64,000 nt of DNA from a virus, in IMG/VR virus record IMGVR_UViG_3300020122_000665, positions 1 to 64,000 of that record; one strand, written 5' to 3'. The translations under genes and the position numbers were made by a program. The first letter of the stretch is position 1, and every line of letters starts with the position of its first letter. Of this stretch, positions 19,038-28,337 are shown one piece after another. The notes below the pieces were generated by a model. The model ran no database searches. It saw only the letters and a list, made by a program, of their open reading frames with translations, and was not told the origin of the DNA.

Positions 19038-20354
19038 CTATTCAAGCGTCGGGGGCGCCAGGTACTCGACGTCGTCGGGCAGCTCGTCCTCGTACGCGAA
19101 CTCCTCGCCGTCGTCGACGTAGCAGGCGATCAAGTCGCCGCCGTCCTCCGCCGACGCATAGCAGTATCCGCCGTCGGTGGTCTTGGTGAGCACCGGCTTG
19201 AAGTTCGCGCCGCCCCACACCGCCATGACCTCCACGTCGGGGCGGTTCCAGAGCAACCGCAGCACTTCGCGCAGCGTCAGCGCTTCGGGCAGCGCCTTGC
19301 GATTCTCGACGCCGAAGGTCTGCTTGGTGTTCAACCAGGACCAGGCATCGCCGCGCGAGAGCACCATCTCGGGGATGCCGACGTGCGCGGCCCACGTGTC
19401 GAAGGTCACCAGCACCGGCACGCCGTCGAGCGCCCCCGCCTTCTCCTGGCACGCGGCGATCGCCTTGTGGTGCGTCACGAACGGGCGCGGGTAGAGTTCG
19501 AAGACGCTCGCGACACCGTCGCCGACGTTGAACGAGTAGCGCTTCCACTGCTTCTCGTCGACAGCGCCTCGCAGCTCCTCCATCCACGTCTCGTCGTACT
19601 CCGGCCCGCCGCGCGCCGAGGCGGCCAGCGTGGGCGCCAGCTCGGCGAGCTCGAGCCCGCGCGGCCGCGCGGTCATGTTCGCCAGCTGTTTCCGCGAGAG
19701 GTGCATGATCTCGATCCACGTCCCGTCGATCGCGCCAACGCCCGCGAGCGATTCCATCCGCTCGACATAGGCGTAGGGGTCGCCGATCCACTCCTGCACC
19801 GCCGGGTTGATCCCGGCCACCGTCCTGAAGCCGGCGGCGTGCGCCATCGCGAGCATCTCGAGGCGCTCCTCGTTCCTCGGGCAGCCCCGCTCCCACTGCT
19901 TGTGCACCGCCTCGTCGAAGGTGGTGATGCTCATGTAAACGATCGAGCCGCGCGGCAGCATCGCCAGGTACTCCGCGAAGTCGGCGGGCTTCATCGTCCC
20001 TCGGGTCTGGAACACGACGGGGACGCCGAGCTTCTTCAGCAGCGGGAGCACCGCTCTCGTCGAAGCGATGTTCGGGTGGAACAGCGGGTCGACGGCATTC
20101 GAGAAGACAATTGGGTGCCGCGCGAGGAGAAGCTGGTCGGCGAAGCTCTTCGGGCTGCCGCCGGTCGAAAACACGTTCGCAATGTGCTTCAGCGTGCCGC
20201 TCGCCTTCGCATCGACGTCCCGGCCGTTGTTCGCGGCGAAGCAGTACTCGCAGCGAGTGCACGTCGAGAAGCTCAGCTCGAGCGGCGCCGGCGAGACGAA
20301 CAGCTCGCCCCCGAAGACGCGCAGTCGGTTTGATCCGTCGGCTCCATCGGACAT
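19038..20354 (-). CDS. Radical SAM protein (SPL-like) with a CxxCxxC motif
   Basis: CTRCEYCFA; SNAVDP, FQTRG, MSITT and WERG segments typical of SPL-like radical SAM enzymes. Confidence 0.75.
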   Translation of the reverse strand: MSDGADGSNRLRVFGGELFVSPAPLELSFSTCTRCEYCFAANNGRDVDAKASGTLKHIANVFSTGGSPKSFADQLLLARHPIVFSNAVDPLFHPNIASTRAVLPLLKKLGVPVVFQTRGTMKPADFAEYLAMLPRGSIVYMSITTFDEAVHKQWERGCPRNEERLEMLAMAHAAGFRTVAGINPAVQEWIGDPYAYVERMESLAGVGAIDGTWIEIMHLSRKQLANMTARPRGLELAELAPTLAASARGGPEYDETWMEELRGAVDEKQWKRYSFNVGDGVASVFELYPRPFVTHHKAIAACQEKAGALDGVPVLVTFDTWAAHVGIPEMVLSRGDAWSWLNTKQTFGVENRKALPEALTLREVLRLLWNRPDVEVMAVWGGANFKPVLTKTTDGGYCYASAEDGGDLIACYVDDGEEFAYEDELPDDVEYLAPPTLE

Positions 20355-20425
20355 CGGCCCCTCCTGGCGAATGAGGTACAGCGCGAGCGGACGTGCGATG
20401 ATGGGCGCCACAAGGGAGGTGCCGC

Positions 20426-20611
20426 ATGTTGGGACTGCCGATCGAGATCGCGATACCAGCGCTGCTCTTCTGGTTCTTCCTCACCGTGCTCCCGGTGGTC
20501 CTGCTGGCGAGGATCAGCCATTGGGCGTTCCACACGCAGCAGAAGCTCGACAGGGTGAATGCCACCCTAGCGATGGTGGTCGCGCAGCTCAAAGAAAACG
20601 GGCGAGGGTAG
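20426..20611 (+). CDS. Small membrane protein
   Basis: GGGAGG SD; long hydrophobic N-terminal half. Confidence 0.55.
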   Translation: MLGLPIEIAIPALLFWFFLTVLPVVLLARISHWAFHTQQKLDRVNATLAMVVAQLKENGRG

Positions 20612-20627
20612 CGGCACGCGATTCGCA
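20611..20627 (+). promoter_or_regulatory. Candidate sigma54 -24/-12 promoter
   Basis: CGGCACG-CGAT-TCGCA; GG (20613-14) and GC (20625-26) are 10 nt apart. Confidence 0.4.
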
Positions 20628-20641
20628 GGTGCGTTGCGGAC

Positions 20642-21136
20642 ATGACCAGCTCCGCAGTACACTCGCGTCAGATGGACGACGACCCGCAGCATCTTCTTGC
20701 CGAAGCGGTCAAGGCGAAGGAGAAGGCCGACGACGACGAGCGGAAGGCGATCATCGCCGCGCTCGAGCAAGCCAAGGGCAATGTGCTGCGCGCCGCGGAG
20801 CTCCTCGGCATCACCGGAACGCGAGCGGACGGGACTCCGACCGCGACCACCTTGCACAAGAAGATCGCCCGCTTCGGACTGCGCGACCTGGCGCGCGACC
20901 TGCGGCGGAAGTTGGATGGTTGGGACCGTGGGCACCCTCCCGAAACGGAGTACGACCCTGCGGCTCTGGCGCGTGCCTGGAGTGACTCGGGCCGTAGTCT
21001 GCCCGCTACCGCCGTTGCCATCGGACTGCGTGCGACGCAACGGAACGTGGTCCGTGACCTGCTGCACCGCTACGGCATACCGGACCCCCCTACGCCCCGC
21101 TCGCCGCGCCCGCCGCGCCGAAAGGGCCCCAAGTAG
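20642..21136 (+). CDS. Tandem Fis-type HTH DNA-binding protein
   Basis: ERKAIIAALEQAKGNVLRAAELLGI...TLHKKIARFGL, then a second degenerate copy ending ...LLHRYGI. Confidence 0.8.
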   Translation: MTSSAVHSRQMDDDPQHLLAEAVKAKEKADDDERKAIIAALEQAKGNVLRAAELLGITGTRADGTPTATTLHKKIARFGLRDLARDLRRKLDGWDRGHPPETEYDPAALARAWSDSGRSLPATAVAIGLRATQRNVVRDLLHRYGIPDPPTPRSPRPPRRKGPK

Positions 21137-21139
21137 TCC

Positions 21140-22131
21140 GTAGGCCCATCCGCGCGCGTGGGCCGCGCGCCATGCACCGCGCACGGCCCGTGTAAACAAC
21201 CGTTCACAGATGCTTCGCAAAGTGGGTTGGAAAACGCCCCACTCTCGGGCCAATCCGCCCCACTGTCCGCAATGCACCCTAATACCGCAGAGTTGCGGCG
21301 TGCGTTGCGGACGTTCTCAGTGTCAGTCAAGTGGCGTTTCGCCACACCGGTCGCACCGCGTCAATCGCTAAGTCCGTAACGCACGCCCTGGCGTGCGTTG
21401 GCATTCGCACTGCAATGCCCCGGTACGTCGGAACGCTGCAACGGTCGAAATTGACCCGCGCCGCGAAACGATAGTCGCGGCAAGGGCCGCGCGCGGTGCA
21501 GGGCCCACGTTGGGCACGCTTCACCCGGAAGTGATCCGCGGGGCGGACGCAACCGGCCGCAGTGGACCGAACGCAACCGGGCGCGCGCCGTCGGGCGCGC
21601 CTCAGTGGAAACGCCCTTGACCGGCGCAATGGCCGGAGAGAATGCGGGCCACGGTTGCACTCTGCCACGTCATCCGGGCGCTTGTGAGGCGCTCTCGTGC
21701 GTGGGTCCGTCACTGCGGTCGAAGGCGACAAGATCGGCTAGTCCCCTGTATGGGGTGCGCGGGGCGCCAAAGAAATGGGCGCCGACAACCGCGATGCATG
21801 GGTCCGAAACCATGCTCATCCGATCTGCCCAAACGAAAACGCGGACACGACCACTGCTCTTTCGTGACAACCGAATATCGCCGCCCCGTCGGTCGCGTCG
21901 CTGCGACGTCGGACGGGACCGGTAAATCGAACATCGATTCAACAGTGCGTCCGACGATACAAGGCCGTCGGGCGCACGATTGAGACGGTGTTTCAAACTA
22001 GGCGCGCGACGGGCCCACCGTCGCCGCCTCCGCGCATTCTCCCACGTCCATCCGTTTGTCGGCGCCCCCGGATCCCCCCCGTTCCGGCGCGCGCGCTGCG
22101 GATGGAGCGGACGTGGGGGAATGCGCGGAGG
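21140..22131 (+). ncRNA. Candidate large structured non-coding RNA; boundaries uncertain
   Basis: About 1 kb with no credible ORF; more than 15 hairpins, nested long-range helices, G-U pairs mostly favouring the plus strand. Confidence 0.55.
21398..21414 (+). promoter_or_regulatory. Candidate sigma54 -24/-12 promoter preceded by a 10-bp inverted repeat
   Basis: TTGGCATTCGCACTGCA (GG-N10-GC); AACGCACGCC-CT-GGCGTGCGTT at 21378-21399. Confidence 0.45.
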
Positions 22132-22139
22132 TGACCACT

Positions 22140-22250
22140 ATGTCGACGACCCTGCCCGACGGTCGCAAGATCCACGCGATCGACCTCTCCGAGAGCTCCA
22201 CCGCGAAGGAGGTGATCGCCCGCCGCGCGGCCGCGCGCGGCACGAAGTAG
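22140..22250 (+). CDS. 36-aa small protein
   Basis: GGAGGTGA SD before ATG 22140. Confidence 0.45.
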   Translation: MSTTLPDGRKIHAIDLSESSTAKEVIARRAAARGTK

Positions 22251-22483
22251 GCACGTCGGGGCTGCGACGGCCCGCCCGTCGCCGCCCCCCACGAGCGCCC
22301 CCGGTGTGGGGCGTTGGTGGGAGGTGACCTGATGCTCACCGTCGGAATGCGCCTCTGGCGCGCGCTCTTTGCGTGGATGGACGACGACATCGACCGCGAG
22401 TCGATGCGCTTCCTCTAGCGCGCAGTTCTCCGCAAATCGCTCCAGGGCGAGCGCACCGCTCGCCCCCTCCCCTGCATTTTCTA

Positions 22484-22512
22484 TTGACGGCCGCACTAGT
22501 GCGAGGCACAGT
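22484..22512 (+). promoter_or_regulatory. Sigma70-type promoter with GCACTAGTGC operator
   Basis: TTGACG-17 nt-CACAGT; operator at 22493-22502. Confidence 0.7.
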
Positions 22513-22549
22513 GTTTCATACGCAATACAAAAAGAAGGGGAGGATCGTC

Positions 22550-23302
22550 ATGAAGAAGAAGGAACCGGCCAAGAAAAAATCGCCGAAGCGCCCGCTGGCT
22601 CCGGCGGCTGCGCCGCCGAAGCTCACCGTGCCGCTCACGTCGCGCTACGACGGCCGCGTGTTGTACGCCGCAGAAATCGACGCCGACGTCGACGAGCTGC
22701 TCCGCACGCGCGTCGCCGTCGAGAAGGCCGTCGCCGCCGGGGCCAACCTCGCCGGGGCCAACCTCGACGGGGCCAACCTCGCCGGGGCCAACCTCGACGG
22801 GGCCAACCTCGCCGGGGCCAACCTCGCCCGGGCCAACCTCGCCGGGGCCTACCTCGCCCGGGCCAACCTCGCCGGGGCCAAGTCGCTGCCCCCGCCGTCG
22901 GTGATTCTGTCGGGGCACTGGGGAGAGGTTCCGGACGATCTCTGCACGGATCTGATGCGGTGGGATGCCGCGAACCACCCGGATCCGTCGGCCTTCGACC
23001 GATGGGCGAAGGGCGGCGCGTGCCCCTACGCCGGCATCGCGTTCGCGCGGGCGGCGAACTTCCACGAGCGGCGCGACCTCTGGTCCCCTGGCGCTCCGCC
23101 GCGCCCGTATGACCTCGCCATCCGCCTGATGGCCTGGGCCGCGGAGAACGCGAAGAAGGCTGGCATGGTCACCGTCCAGGCGGGAGACGAGAAGCTGCTG
23201 CCCGACGAGGCCCCGCCGTGCACCGACTGGCTCACCAGCGACCTGTACGCCGCTGTGACCTTCCGCGGCCGCGTCTGGCTCGCCAAGACGCGGGCGAAGT
23301 AG
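22550..23302 (+). CDS. Pentapeptide repeat protein
   Basis: Nine A(N/Y)L(A/D)(G/R) units; GGGGAGG SD. Confidence 0.85.
   Translation: MKKKEPAKKKSPKRPLAPAAAPPKLTVPLTSRYDGRVLYAAEIDADVDELLRTRVAVEKAVAAGANLAGANLDGANLAGANLDGANLAGANLARANLAGAYLARANLAGAKSLPPPSVILSGHWGEVPDDLCTDLMRWDAANHPDPSAFDRWAKGGACPYAGIAFARAANFHERRDLWSPGAPPRPYDLAIRLMAWAAENAKKAGMVTVQAGDEKLLPDEAPPCTDWLTSDLYAAVTFRGRVWLAKTRAK
22741..22880 (+). repeat. 15-bp coding tandem repeat (pentapeptide units)
   Basis: GGCCAACCTCG(C/A)C(G/C)G about nine times. Confidence 0.9.
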
Positions 23303-23386
23303 TCCGACCGGAGCGGGCGACATCGTGTCGCCCCCTCCCCTCATGCGCCGTCTGTCGCACCGACGGCGTTTGAGGGGAGGCACGTC

Positions 23387-25345
23387 ATGTCTGCAACCAG
23401 CGAAGCCGCTTCGCCGGTTGCGCTCGATACCGAGCGCATCGGCGACGCGACCTACGATCCCGAGGACAACAAGCTGCGCATCCGCCCGTTCGCGCGCCTT
23501 CCCCGCGATCTCTACGATCGCGTGAAGGCCGCGGGCTTCTCGTGGGCTCCCAAACAGGAGCTCTTCGTGGCGCCGATGTGGACGCCGGAGCGCGCCGATC
23601 TCCTCGCGGAGTTGTGCGGCGAGATCGGCGACGAGGATACCTCGCTCGTCGACCGCGCGGAGGAGCGCGCCGATCGCTTCGGCGACTACTCCGACAAGCG
23701 GAAGGACGACGCCGAGACCGCGCGCCAGGCAATCGCCGCCATCGCGGATCACATTCCGCTCGGGCAGCCGATTCTCGTCGGACATCACAGCGAGAAGCAC
23801 GCCCGGAAGGACGCGGAGCGCATCGAGAACGGGATGCGCAAGGCCGTCAAAATGTGGGAGACCTCCCAATACTGGCAGAGGCGCGCCGCGGGCGCGCTCC
23901 GGCACGCGAAGTACAAGGAGCTGCCCGCGGTCCGCGCGCGCCGGATCAAGACCATCGAAGCCGACAAGCGCAAGCGCCAGCGGGAGACCGCCGACGCCGC
24001 GAGGCTGCTCAGGCTGTGGGGCTCGATCGAAGATCCCAAGTCGATCACCCGCAACGGCGAGCTCGTGTCGCTCAAAGAGCGGGCGATGTTCGTCGCGAAC
24101 CACGACCATATCCATCGGTCGTTTCCGCTGGCCGAGTATCCGCGGCAACCCCCGGCGTCGCAGTACGAGGGTCAGATGGGGCTCTGGTCGGCGCTCGACG
24201 GCGACGTGATCACGCCGGAGCAGGCGCGGGACATCGCGGTTCCGATCCACGAGCGCGGCAACGCGCGCCGGGCGCGCTGGATCGCCCACTACGATCTCCG
24301 CATCGCCTACGAGCGGGCGATGCTCGCCGACGCCGGCGGCACCGTCACCGACAAGAAGGGCCCCGAGAAGGGCGGCGCCTGTCGGTGTTGGGCGTCGCCG
24401 CGCGGCGGCTGGTCCTACATCCAGAAGGTCAACAGGGTGTCGGTCACCATCCTCGACAATTGGGACCGCGGCGATCCCTGTTTCAACCGCACCATCAAGT
24501 TCGAAGAAATCACTTCGATCATGACCGCGGCGGAGGTGAAGGCCGCGCGCGAGGACGGTCGGATCGCCGAGATCGACGATCGCGGATTCGCCCTGGCGGC
24601 GGAAGCTGCGCCGCGTCTGTCGGACGCGCCCGTGGCGCCCATCGACCACGCCTACGTCAACGACGGCACCGGCGACAACTGCGCGGAGCTGGTCGCCCAC
24701 CCCGCAAAGGAGTGGGTTCCGTGTGGGCATCCGAGGAGCGTCCACCGCTCGGTCACGCTCGACCCCACGCCGTTCGAAGCGATGAAAGCGTCGCTGAAAT
24801 CCGGCGTCAGAGTGGTTGCGGTCGATCAGCTGTTCGAGACGCCCGCCGACCTGGCGCGGCTCGTCGTCGAACGCGCCAACGTGCGCGGCCATTTCGTGCT
24901 CGAGCCGAGCGCCGGTCTCGGCGCGCTGGCCGGTGAGTGCTACCGCCAGGGCGCCGACGGCGTCATCTGCATCGAGAGGGCGCCCGCCTGCGCGGCGGCG
25001 CTGCGGCGCGGCCCCTTCGCGAAGGTGTGCGAGGCGGACTTTCTCCAGCTGCCCGTGCCCCCCTCCCCAGGGTGGTCGAAGTTCTACCGGATCGTGATGA
25101 ATCCGCCGTTTGCCGACGGGGCGGACGTGGCGCACGTGACGCGCGCCTACGAGTGGCTCGCGTCGGGCGGCCGGCTCGTCGCCATCATGTCCGCGTCGGT
25201 CAAGACCCGGCAGGACAAGCGCACCGCCGCCTTCCGGGCGATCGTCGACGGCTGCGGCGGCGAGATCGAAGACCTGCCGGAGGGCAGCTTCAAGGCGAGC
25301 GGCACGGGCGTCAACACGGTGCTCGTCACGCTCTATCGCGAGTAG
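23387..25345 (+). CDS. DUF3560 domain fused to an N6-adenine-type methyltransferase
   Basis: ATYDPEDNKLR and IPLGQPILVGHHSEKHARKD (DUF3560); VLEPSAGLG and IVMNPPF. Confidence 0.85.
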   Translation: MSATSEAASPVALDTERIGDATYDPEDNKLRIRPFARLPRDLYDRVKAAGFSWAPKQELFVAPMWTPERADLLAELCGEIGDEDTSLVDRAEERADRFGDYSDKRKDDAETARQAIAAIADHIPLGQPILVGHHSEKHARKDAERIENGMRKAVKMWETSQYWQRRAAGALRHAKYKELPAVRARRIKTIEADKRKRQRETADAARLLRLWGSIEDPKSITRNGELVSLKERAMFVANHDHIHRSFPLAEYPRQPPASQYEGQMGLWSALDGDVITPEQARDIAVPIHERGNARRARWIAHYDLRIAYERAMLADAGGTVTDKKGPEKGGACRCWASPRGGWSYIQKVNRVSVTILDNWDRGDPCFNRTIKFEEITSIMTAAEVKAAREDGRIAEIDDRGFALAAEAAPRLSDAPVAPIDHAYVNDGTGDNCAELVAHPAKEWVPCGHPRSVHRSVTLDPTPFEAMKASLKSGVRVVAVDQLFETPADLARLVVERANVRGHFVLEPSAGLGALAGECYRQGADGVICIERAPACAAALRRGPFAKVCEADFLQLPVPPSPGWSKFYRIVMNPPFADGADVAHVTRAYEWLASGGRLVAIMSASVKTRQDKRTAAFRAIVDGCGGEIEDLPEGSFKASGTGVNTVLVTLYRE

Positions 25346-25505
25346 AAGCCGCCATCCGGCGGGGCCACAAGGAGGTGCCCCCATAGCCGCGGGGCGTGTA
25401 ACGCGCCCGCCGTCGGTCGCAGCAGCCGGACCGTCGGACGCGGGAATAGGCCAACTGCATGGCGCCCCGGAGGACAGACCTCGGGGGCGCCCTGGAGGTG
25501 ACCTG

Positions 25506-25796
25506 ATGAAGTTCCGCGCGAGGATCGCGAACGTCGCGATCACCTATTCAACCATCGAGATTCCCGCCTACTGCGGAGTGTGCGGATCTGACCTGTGCGG
25601 GCCGCGCGCTCTCGAAGAGCAGCGCGTCTGCACGACGATGGCGTTCTCGCACTTCGAGAGCAATCCGGCCGTCGGAGACGACATCGCCACCGACACGCCC
25701 GACGATGACGCGGACGCCACGGCGACGCTGTCGGTGGGCTGCGCCAACTGCGGCGCGCGACTCGCCGTCGGCAATATCTCGGGGACCGAGTCGTGA
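25506..25796 (+). CDS. Zinc-ribbon protein
   Basis: CGVCG...CANCG; GGAGGTGA SD. Confidence 0.6.
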   Translation: MKFRARIANVAITYSTIEIPAYCGVCGSDLCGPRALEEQRVCTTMAFSHFESNPAVGDDIATDTPDDDADATATLSVGCANCGARLAVGNISGTES

Positions 25797-26895
25797 GCCG
25801 CGCCGCCGCCGGCGCGCAGCGTGGACGAACGAGCGCCTCGTCGAGAGCGCGCTCGGGCGCATCGGGTGCCGGGACCGCGCGACCTTCGACGCGGTGAACG
25901 AGAAGTACGGCACCGACGTCGAGACCTTCACCGAAGCGTTCGCGGTGTGCGCGCGCAGCTACTCGAGGCGAGGCCACCGCCGTTGGGGCGACTTCGACCT
26001 CGAGTCGCTGCGCGAGTGCATCGGGCTCGACGGGCTCCGCCTGCCGGGCTGGCTGTACGAGCAGGGAGCCGACGACGCATATGCCGCGCACATCGCGCGA
26101 TGGGAGAACGACGTGACACCGACGGACGAAGAGCTCGAAGAATACTACCGCTCGCTCGAGGAGGGTGACGCGGACAAGACCGTCGCCGAGGCCACGCGCG
26201 AAGCGGTCGCCGACATGATCGCTGGCGAGAGCCCCAAGCCCAACTTCGACGCCTGGAAGGCGAAGAGGGACGCCGCGCGCGCCTCGAACCTCGAGAGCAC
26301 CCGCGACAAGGCGGCGAAGGCCGGCGCGCCGGCCGGAGCGATCCGCCACATCGAGAGCAAGATCCGTGAGGCGCGGACGGAGTCGGCCCCGCCCGCCCGC
26401 AACCGGGCCAAGGACGACGCCGCGGCGCGGGCGATGGAGCGGCTCAGGAACGAGGGCGACGTGCGCGTCGAGGTGGCCCCCGACAAGGCGCTCGTCAAGG
26501 CGGCGCCGCGCGCGCTCGACGGTGCGCAGGGCGGCGCGGTCCAGCTCAACGAGGCGGCGATCGGCACCATCGTCGGCGCCGTGGTCGATCGCCTCATCGC
26601 CTCCGCGTACTCGGCGCCCGAGAGGCGCCGCGCCGAGTGGGTCTCGTGGATGAGCAAGGCCCGTCTCTGGCACTGCCCGGCGTGCGACGTCGACTCCCAC
26701 AAGGTCGTCTGCTCGCGGTGCGGCGATATCGACGGGCTCGAGGGGCACTACCGCGGCACCGAGGGGTGGAAGGAGATCGCGCGTCGGAAGGCGGAGGATC
26801 TGCTCTCCTCGCCCGAGGAGACGAAGAAGGCGGCGGCGCCGCTCAAGGCGCTCCCCGCCGCGCGTCCGCGCCACCTGTCGATCGTGCGGTCGTGA
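25705..26895 (+). CDS. Hypothetical protein with C-terminal zinc ribbon; start uncertain
   Basis: Coding-like from about 25820; CPAC...CSRC. Confidence 0.55.
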   Translation: MTRTPRRRCRWAAPTAARDSPSAISRGPSREPRRRRRAAWTNERLVESALGRIGCRDRATFDAVNEKYGTDVETFTEAFAVCARSYSRRGHRRWGDFDLESLRECIGLDGLRLPGWLYEQGADDAYAAHIARWENDVTPTDEELEEYYRSLEEGDADKTVAEATREAVADMIAGESPKPNFDAWKAKRDAARASNLESTRDKAAKAGAPAGAIRHIESKIREARTESAPPARNRAKDDAAARAMERLRNEGDVRVEVAPDKALVKAAPRALDGAQGGAVQLNEAAIGTIVGAVVDRLIASAYSAPERRRAEWVSWMSKARLWHCPACDVDSHKVVCSRCGDIDGLEGHYRGTEGWKEIARRKAEDLLSSPEETKKAAAPLKALPAARPRHLSIVRS

Positions 26896-27396
26896 CCGAA
26901 CTCGACCTGTGGGTCACACGCGCGCCGCGGCCCAACGACGGAGACCCCGACGAGGATCACAGCTACGACCTGGCGCGCCTCGCCTGCAAAGGCAACGTGC
27001 TCGAGCTCGACGATCCCGACGAGCCGGGCGGCAAGGTCGAGGTGTCCGCCACGGACTTCCTCTACGACAACCGCGAGGACAGCGACGTGATCGCCGCCGT
27101 GGTGGCGCTCGACGTCGGCGAGGAGGCCCGCCTCGGCGGCGGGGCGCAGCCGGTCACCGTCATTCGGAGGGTCCAATGACGTTCGACCTCGAAGTGGTGA
27201 GAGCCGTGGTCGACGCCTACGGCGACGTCATGTGCGAGGCCGTCGCCTCCGCCGTCCAGAAGGTCTACGGCGACGACGGCGACGGAAGCGCCGCGCGCGT
27301 CGTGCGCGCCGCCTGGAAGGTGGCCCACCCGGGAATCGTCGACGAGCTCGTGTTGAACCTCTCGAAGGCGAAGACGGGCAAGCCGCGGAGGAAGCC

Positions 27397-27792
27397 ATGA
27401 GCGCGCACTGCTATCGCATCAGGAAGACCGTCGAGTGCCACTCGCCCGACGCCATCGCGCCGCTCGACCGCGACGGCAATCCGAACGTGGAGCAGCAGCG
27501 GCACCGTCACACCTGGCCGACGATGGCCTTCACCTGCTCCATCTGCAAGCGCCACGTGTGCGGCTGGTGCGAGGGCAGCAGCTTCGAGATGGAGCTGTCG
27601 CAGCTGCTCTCCGACGACGAGAGCGAAATGCAGTTCTGCGACGAATGCATGGTCGCGCTCGAGGAGGCAATCGAGGCTCACGAGCGCTTCCCGTCGATGA
27701 CCGCCCCGACATACAGCGACGGCGGATACGTCTCCAGGGCCATGCACCGGATCATCCGCGCCGCGGTGGCGTCGGGAGAGCTCCGGCAATGA
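27397..27792 (+). CDS. Cys/His-rich hypothetical protein
   Basis: CSICKRHVCGWC...CDEC; ATGA coupling. Confidence 0.5.
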   Translation: MSAHCYRIRKTVECHSPDAIAPLDRDGNPNVEQQRHRHTWPTMAFTCSICKRHVCGWCEGSSFEMELSQLLSDDESEMQFCDECMVALEEAIEAHERFPSMTAPTYSDGGYVSRAMHRIIRAAVASGELRQ

Positions 27793-28337
27793 ACAAGGAG
27801 CCGACCATGGTCTGCACCGTCTGCAACGACACGCACCGGATGGCACGCCACGACGGCAGCGACGTGCCGTGCACGAGCTGCCCGACACCGTGCGGGAGGT
27901 GCCGCGCCAACAGAAACGGCGCCTATTGCACCGCGACGCCGTGCGCCTGCGAGTGCCACGCGAGCGCGCGCGTCGCCGCGAAGAAGGCGGAGATCGCCCA
28001 CCTCATCGGAGCCGCGCACAAGGCGCTCCGCTCCGCGCTCCACCTCTCCTCTTGCGCGGACGGCGACGTCGAGGGCGAGGCGATCTCGGACGCGCTCCAC
28101 AACGCCTACCCGCGCACGCTGCCCATGTCCGACCACGGGAGCACCGACATCGGCAAGCTCGTCGACGAGCTGGCCGTGTGGCGGTATCGCTTCTCGGCGG
28201 GCGAGTCGTCGCCGCCGCGCCTCGGCGCGCTCGAGGAGCTGGCGCGCAAGGTCGCCGCGCTCGAATTGCGCTCCGACCGCGTCGACGATCGCCTCAGCAA
28301 GATCGAGGAGCATGTCGACTGGCGGATCGAGCGATGA
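27789..28337 (+). CDS. Cys-rich hypothetical protein
   Basis: CTVC...CTSCPTPCGRC...CTATPCACECH. Confidence 0.5.
   Translation: MNKEPTMVCTVCNDTHRMARHDGSDVPCTSCPTPCGRCRANRNGAYCTATPCACECHASARVAAKKAEIAHLIGAAHKALRSALHLSSCADGDVEGEAISDALHNAYPRTLPMSDHGSTDIGKLVDELAVWRYRFSAGESSPPRLGALEELARKVAALELRSDRVDDRLSKIEEHVDWRIER

Noticed and set aside
21140-22131. Group I/II intron, tmRNA or RNase P identity for the structured region
   Set aside because: No interrupted gene, no group II domain V, no tRNA-like ends and no GAGGAAAGUCC; AAGATCGGCTAGTCC only loosely resembles the group I S element
22741-22880. Regular short repeats resembling a CRISPR array
   Set aside because: 15-bp tandem units with no spacers; they encode pentapeptide repeats
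22496-25543. 1015-aa minus-strand ORF and many other long Arg/Ala/Pro-rich ORFs (e.g. 400-2010, 7033-8691, 29820-31973, 40560-42527)
   Set aside because: Shadow frames of real genes in high-GC DNA; no motifs, and they overlap well-supported CDSs
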